Below are positions 59,000 to 64,000 of a stretch of 64,000 nucleotides of DNA, piece by piece. The notes under the pieces are model-generated. The model did not search any database. It was not told the origin of the DNA and worked only from the letters and a program-made list of their open reading frames with translations. Origin of the DNA: the human T2T-CHM13v2.0 reference genome, Homo sapiens. Every line of letters begins with the position of its first letter. The first letter of the stretch is position 1. Both the position numbers and the translations under genes were made by a program. The stretch is taken from assembly GCF_009914755.1 (NCBI RefSeq), contig NC_060935.1; one strand, written 5' to 3'.

Positions 59000-59990
59000 T
59001 ATTGTTGTTTGTTGTGTTTTTCTCAACTTTTATTTTAGATTCAGGGGGTACATGTAGGAAACTCATTATTATGGTGGGGGGGTTGTAGTAAATAGGTAAG
59101 ATATGCAAGGCCTATGTATATATTCTAGTGAGAAATAAATAATAAATAAGTAATGAAAATAGGTAATTTTAGAAAATGTTGTGCCAGGTTTGTCACCTGG
59201 GCATATTGAATGATGCTGGACTTTAGAGTGCCAATGATTCTGCCACCCAGATCCTGAGCACAGTGCCCAACAGTTTGTTTTCAACATATATCCCTTTCCC
59301 TCTCTTCCACCTCTAGTAGTCACCAGTGTCTATTGCTGCCATCTTTAGGTCCATGAGTATCCAATGTTTAGCCTCCATTTATAAGTGAAAGCATGCAGTA
59401 TTAGGTTTTGTGTTCCTGTGTTAATTTACTTAGGATAATGGTCTCCAGTTGCATCCATCTTGCTGCAAAGGACAAGATTTCATTCTTTTCTATGGCTGCA
59501 TAGTATTCTAAGGTGTATATGTACCACATTGTCTTTATCCAGTCCACCATTGATGGGCACCTAGGCTGATTCTATGTTTTTGCTATTGCGAATAGTGCTG
59601 CGATAAATGTGCAAGTGCATATCTTCATGGTAGAACAATTTGTTTTCTTTGGGATAAATACCCAGTAATGGGATTGCTGAGTTGGATGGTAATTCTGTTT
59701 TAAGCTCTTTAAGAAATCTCCAAACTGCTTTCTACAGTGGCTGAACTAATTTACATTCCCACCAACAGCTTATATGCATTTCCCTTTCACTGCAGCCTTG
59801 CCAATACCTGTTGTTTTTTTGACTTAACAACAGCCATTCTGACTGATGTGAGATGCTATCTCACTGTGGATTTGATTTTCATTTCTCTTGATGATTACTG
59901 ATGTTGAGCATTTTTTCATACTTTGCTGGACATTTGTATGTCTTCTTTTGAAAAGTGTCTGCTCATGTCTTTTGCCCATCTTAATAGAGT
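59000..59990 (-). mobile_element. Old L1 3' end (L1PA16/L1PB/L1MA-type) containing a templated insertion
   Basis: TTTTATTTTAGATTCAGGGGGTACATG...GTGCCAGGTTTGTCACCTGGGCATATTG 3' UTR signature, split by a copy of nearby DNA. Confidence 0.85.
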
Positions 59991-61867
59991 TCCAAGTAAT
60001 TAAATTATTACTCTAGCATTCCTAGGTTAAGTGCCATATGATTGAAAGCTGACACCATTGGTAGAAGATCAGTAGATCTGGCTGCATACTGTAGATCCTA
60101 GGTAAAGAGTACAGACCCAAATCCAGGACCAGGACACATTGTTCTTTCAGTGAGAGCTTTAAAACTTCCCTGTCATTGACATAGTACTTATTTATATTTT
60201 ACTTTTTCCATAAATTTAAATCATTAATGTCATTAACTCTATTTTGTATTTATGAAGATAAGTTTACTTGTAGTGCTATATTATTTTAATAAATGTTTTT
60301 ATTCTTATAAAAGCTATACTACCTTTATATCAAGATTTCATAATCCAGATGGTGTTTATTAGAAGCAAAAGTGCTTGTGAGAGATGGGGGGGACTCATTG
60401 ATTAATTAATTAATTGACTGAAACTTTCTTCTGTAATAAGCACTATATCAAAGTTGCAGGGGAAAAAAGGTGAATTAAACACAGTCCTGGCCGCAAAGAG
60501 CTCAAAATATAGTGAGAAAAGGGGCATCAGGACAGACAAATGTGGATTTTGGAACCTGTGCTATTGAACCAAAGCTTACTCATTAAAGAGATGGTCAAGT
60601 TGATCATTGGTAAGCCCCAGAACTAACTCTTTAATTGCATTATTGCTTAGGGAAAACAATGATAAAGTGTGTGTGAGAACCAGCACAACTAAAAGACTTG
60701 TTTATGCCTTGCATTTTGGTCTTCAAGTCACCCTATTTAATTATCCCAAATCTTGTAAGACTGTGCCTTTTTATCTCTCTTGATCACTTTTATTTGAGGA
60801 AAAATCAAATGTACCTCTGACTAAGGCTCAGATCTTATCCCACAATCCAGGGCTAGGAACACAGATTTGCTGTTTTGTCATTGTTATTTATTGCTAGAGA
60901 GAAAGGTTAATGGAATGAAATAAGGTGGTTGAGTCCTGGGGAGTTAAAGTGTGAAAATAGAGCTGGAATTATACTTTCAAAGTCTGCAAGTTTGAATTGA
61001 ATAATTTAGTAATATTTGTTCCCTTATAAGTTGATCATTTTTTTAAATAAAATTCATATTGTCTTTTTAAATAATGTTTTCATTGGAAAGTGGGATCATA
61101 CTGGCAATATTAATATTTTTGCAAGAATATTAATTCTTAAAATTGCATTAAAATTAATTATTTCCAACCTTAACAAAGTAACTGGTACCAAATTTTCACT
61201 TCAACCAGAAAGAAATAGGAAATTAAACAGAAAGTATGAAACAATTGTTCCAAGAACTGGAACAACATACAGCCCTAGATTTCTCCTAAAGGAACTTTCC
61301 TGATCCTAATTGCAAGGAAAGCAGAAGGTAGAAGAGAGCATAAAAGTCTTCCCAAGTTTCAAGAAAGACAGCAGATCTTGGGGACATTGAAGAAGTTGGA
61401 ATTTGTAAAGCAAAACAGCAAAGAAGAGGGAGCTACACAAAAAAGGACTCCAAAGATACAAAGGGGTACCATTTAGTCTTTGAATGAATGATAACATGCA
61501 TCATAAGCTGCAAATATACAGGAATAAAGAACAATCACTGGGGAAAGAATGATTAATGGGGACCTTAAACAATTCTGAAAACATATGCAGGGCCAGAATG
61601 TGTTTAATCTTGGAACAGTCATAGTGGAGAGACCATACTGAATACCTGGGGCATTCAGTAGAATTGCTGAAGTGGCCATTAATCTGTAGTAGTATGTAAC
61701 TAGCACTGGAATAAAAGCTAATCTACATAAAAAGTAAAAAGATTAAAATCAAGACTTGAAAGAAACAAGCTGATCAGCTTGTAACTTATGATTTTCCAAG
61801 ACAAACTTCCAACACTCTAAAGGAAAACAACTAAATGTAGACACCCAACAATGTAAAATTTCTTATT

Positions 61868-62380
61868 ATTAGCAGTGGAGAATCTGTATGGGTCTACAGC
61901 AACCTGAATTCTTTCCTCCTCAGAAGAAAGAATTCAGCTGAGGGGCATAAGGCAGAATGAGAGACTGAGGCAAGTTTTAGAGCAGGAGTGAATGTTTATT
62001 AAAAAGTTTAGAGCAGGAATGAAAGGAAGTAAAGTACACTTGGAAGAGGGTCAAGCGGGCACCTTGGGAGATTAAGTGCACAGTTTGGCCTTTGACTTGC
62101 AGTTGTATACATTGGCATGCTTCTGGGGGGTTACATTCCTTCTCCCCTGGTTCTTCCCTTGGGATGGGCTGTCTGCATGCACCAGTGGCCAGGCAGCTCT
62201 ACTAACAGATGTACCGTAGTTCTTGAAACATAATTTTTCTCTTTTCACTCTTCATTTTTATTAAAAACAAATTATGATAAGATGATTTGATTGCAAAATA
62301 AGCTCTAGTCTTGTTATACTTGGTCTGATTATTTGGATAAAGCACAGCAAGAATAATTATTTGCCATATAGCCTCCTTTT
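61868..62380 (-). mobile_element. MER4-group ERV1 LTR fragment (MER50-like) plus internal fragment
   Basis: GGGTCTACAGCAACCTGAATTCTTTCCTCCTCAGAAGAAAGAATTC...GAGGCAAGTTTTAGAGCAGGAGTGAATGTTTATT; subfamily from memory. Confidence 0.65.
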
Positions 62381-62383
62381 TAA

Positions 62384-62892
62384 CCCTTTTCCCATTTGCC
62401 CTACGAATACTTGCTGGCAGCACTTGCAGCTGCAGCGTTTACCCCAAAATAACTTTGCCATAAAATACCTCACTTTTATTATTATTTTCACATCACTCTA
62501 GTATATCAACTGTGGAAACAAAAGACATTATTCTATTTATAGCATTCTGTTTTAATAGAGGTATTTCCATTTACACAATGCAGTAATTCTCGATCATAGA
62601 AAATGTCAAATCCTAGAAAACATAGCATTCTTATGCATGATGTTATCATTCTCGAACAATTGTTGGCCAAAGATGTATTTGATGAATCCAATTTTTCTGA
62701 AATATAATGATTCTGATGATTCAGAAGATTATGATGTTAGTTCTATTTAGAAATAACTCTAAGAACAGATTTTATATTTTATTTTCACATTAAAAATCAA
62801 TCAGATTTGCTTCAGCTTCAAAGAGTGTGTTTATGTAAAATTAAATGAGTACTGGCAGTCTCCTCTCTAGGTGTAGATCTGAGCTGCACTTT
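62384..62892 (+). mobile_element. MER75 piggyBac-family non-autonomous DNA transposon, right end lost
   Basis: TTAA target followed by CCCTTTTCCCATTTGCCC left TIR; CTTGCAGCTGCAGCGTTTACCCC hallmark; ends GAGCTGCACTTT without a right TIR. Confidence 0.85.
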
Positions 62893-63370
62893 ACATGTTT
62901 TGGGTTGACTCACAGACATCCTAACACAATTATGTCTTTCTCACGTCAGTGTCTTTGAGTCCTGAAAGACCAATATCTAGGGAGTGCATTCTGTTATACA
63001 AGCAATGAAACAACAACTATAAAACAAAGTATTATTTCTGCTAAGCCTTTAAATAGGTGTTTCACAGAGGTGCCTATACAATGTTTTCTCCAAGCTAATG
63101 TCTTATTAAGTTCATTGTTGAGAAGCCAATGTGACTCCTCAACTTCTCACTGCTTTATGCTCATGTTTGGAGTTCACAAAATTTCACAATCACAGTATTG
63201 CTTCTCCCATAGGTCAAAAGATACAAAGATGTTTTGGGTTTCCTGTCCTCGTGATCTCCACTTTCTGAAATATTGTACCTGCACAAACATACCTACCTGC
63301 CTAAGCCTACACATATTTCTACACACTTCCAAAAATGAAGGAGATGTGTGTATATTTAAATATAAAGAGA

Positions 63371-63669
63371 GGCCTGGCGCGGTGTCTCACGCCTGTAATC
63401 CCAGCACTTTGGGAGGCCGAGGCAGGCAATTCCCTGAGGTCAGGAGTTCGAGACCAGCCTGACCAACACGGTGAAACTCATCTCCACTAAAAATAAAAAA
63501 TTAGCCAGACATGGTGGCTTATGCCTGTAATACCAGCTACTCAGGAGGTTGAGGCAGGAGAATCGCTTGAACCTGGGAGAGATTGCAGTGAGCTGAGATC
63601 GCACAATTCCATTCCAGCCTGGGTAACAAAAGTGAAACTGCATCTCAAAAATAAATAAATAAATAAATA
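63371..63669 (+). mobile_element. Alu (AluS-type) with (TAAA)n tail
   Basis: Full dimer starting GGCCTGGCGCGGTGTCTCACGCCTGTAATCCC, with A-rich tail. Confidence 0.95.
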
Positions 63670-64000
63670 GAGAAAGACAAATTAGTGGCTTATAGCACTT
63701 CTCACAGAGTATCTTAAAACTTTATGCACTGGAGTGTTTAACAGAAGAATATCAAATATTTAGGAGTCTATCCTACTATAACTTATACTGCTGCCACATT
63801 GTTATACTGTATACATCATTCCATGTGTCATTCTATTCTCCCATTCTACTGCATTTTATACTTTCTTAATCTATCTCATAAGCATTTACTAAAAATCTTT
63901 TATGTTTTGTTATTTTTCTTGACTCAGTATAAAATTAAACAGTGAGTGAAAACATATAGGGGAATAGCTTCCTATTCCCCGGTGATGTGGTTTCTCCACT

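Overview
Primate (very likely human chr11p15.4) class I olfactory receptor cluster. It holds two intact OR genes (OR52E5 at 7264-8259, OR56A3 at 53843-54790) and a decayed OR52-family pseudogene, in a background rich in L1, Alu, LTR and DNA-transposon repeats. The centre is a complete 10-kb HERV-Fc2-type provirus (34850-44850): two 425-bp LTRs, 5-bp TSD CTTAC, tRNA-Phe PBS, gag/pro-pol/env broken by stops, and three NC zinc knuckles. Its integrase is interrupted by an SVA carrying a 5' transduction. The most notable signal is the provirus TSD, which is itself a minus-strand splice donor (GTAAG). That donor closes a CpG-rich first exon driven by a non-OR-type ETS/RFX/CCAAT/TATA promoter at about 45115-45256, which from memory may be the far-upstream TRIM5 start (unverified). 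Also seen: a spliced L1 (SpIRE-type), two L1s broken at the same ORF2 coordinate, a templated local insertion inside an L1, and a tailless U2 retrocopy. Repeat subfamily names and gene symbols come from recognition of the sequence, not from database searches.
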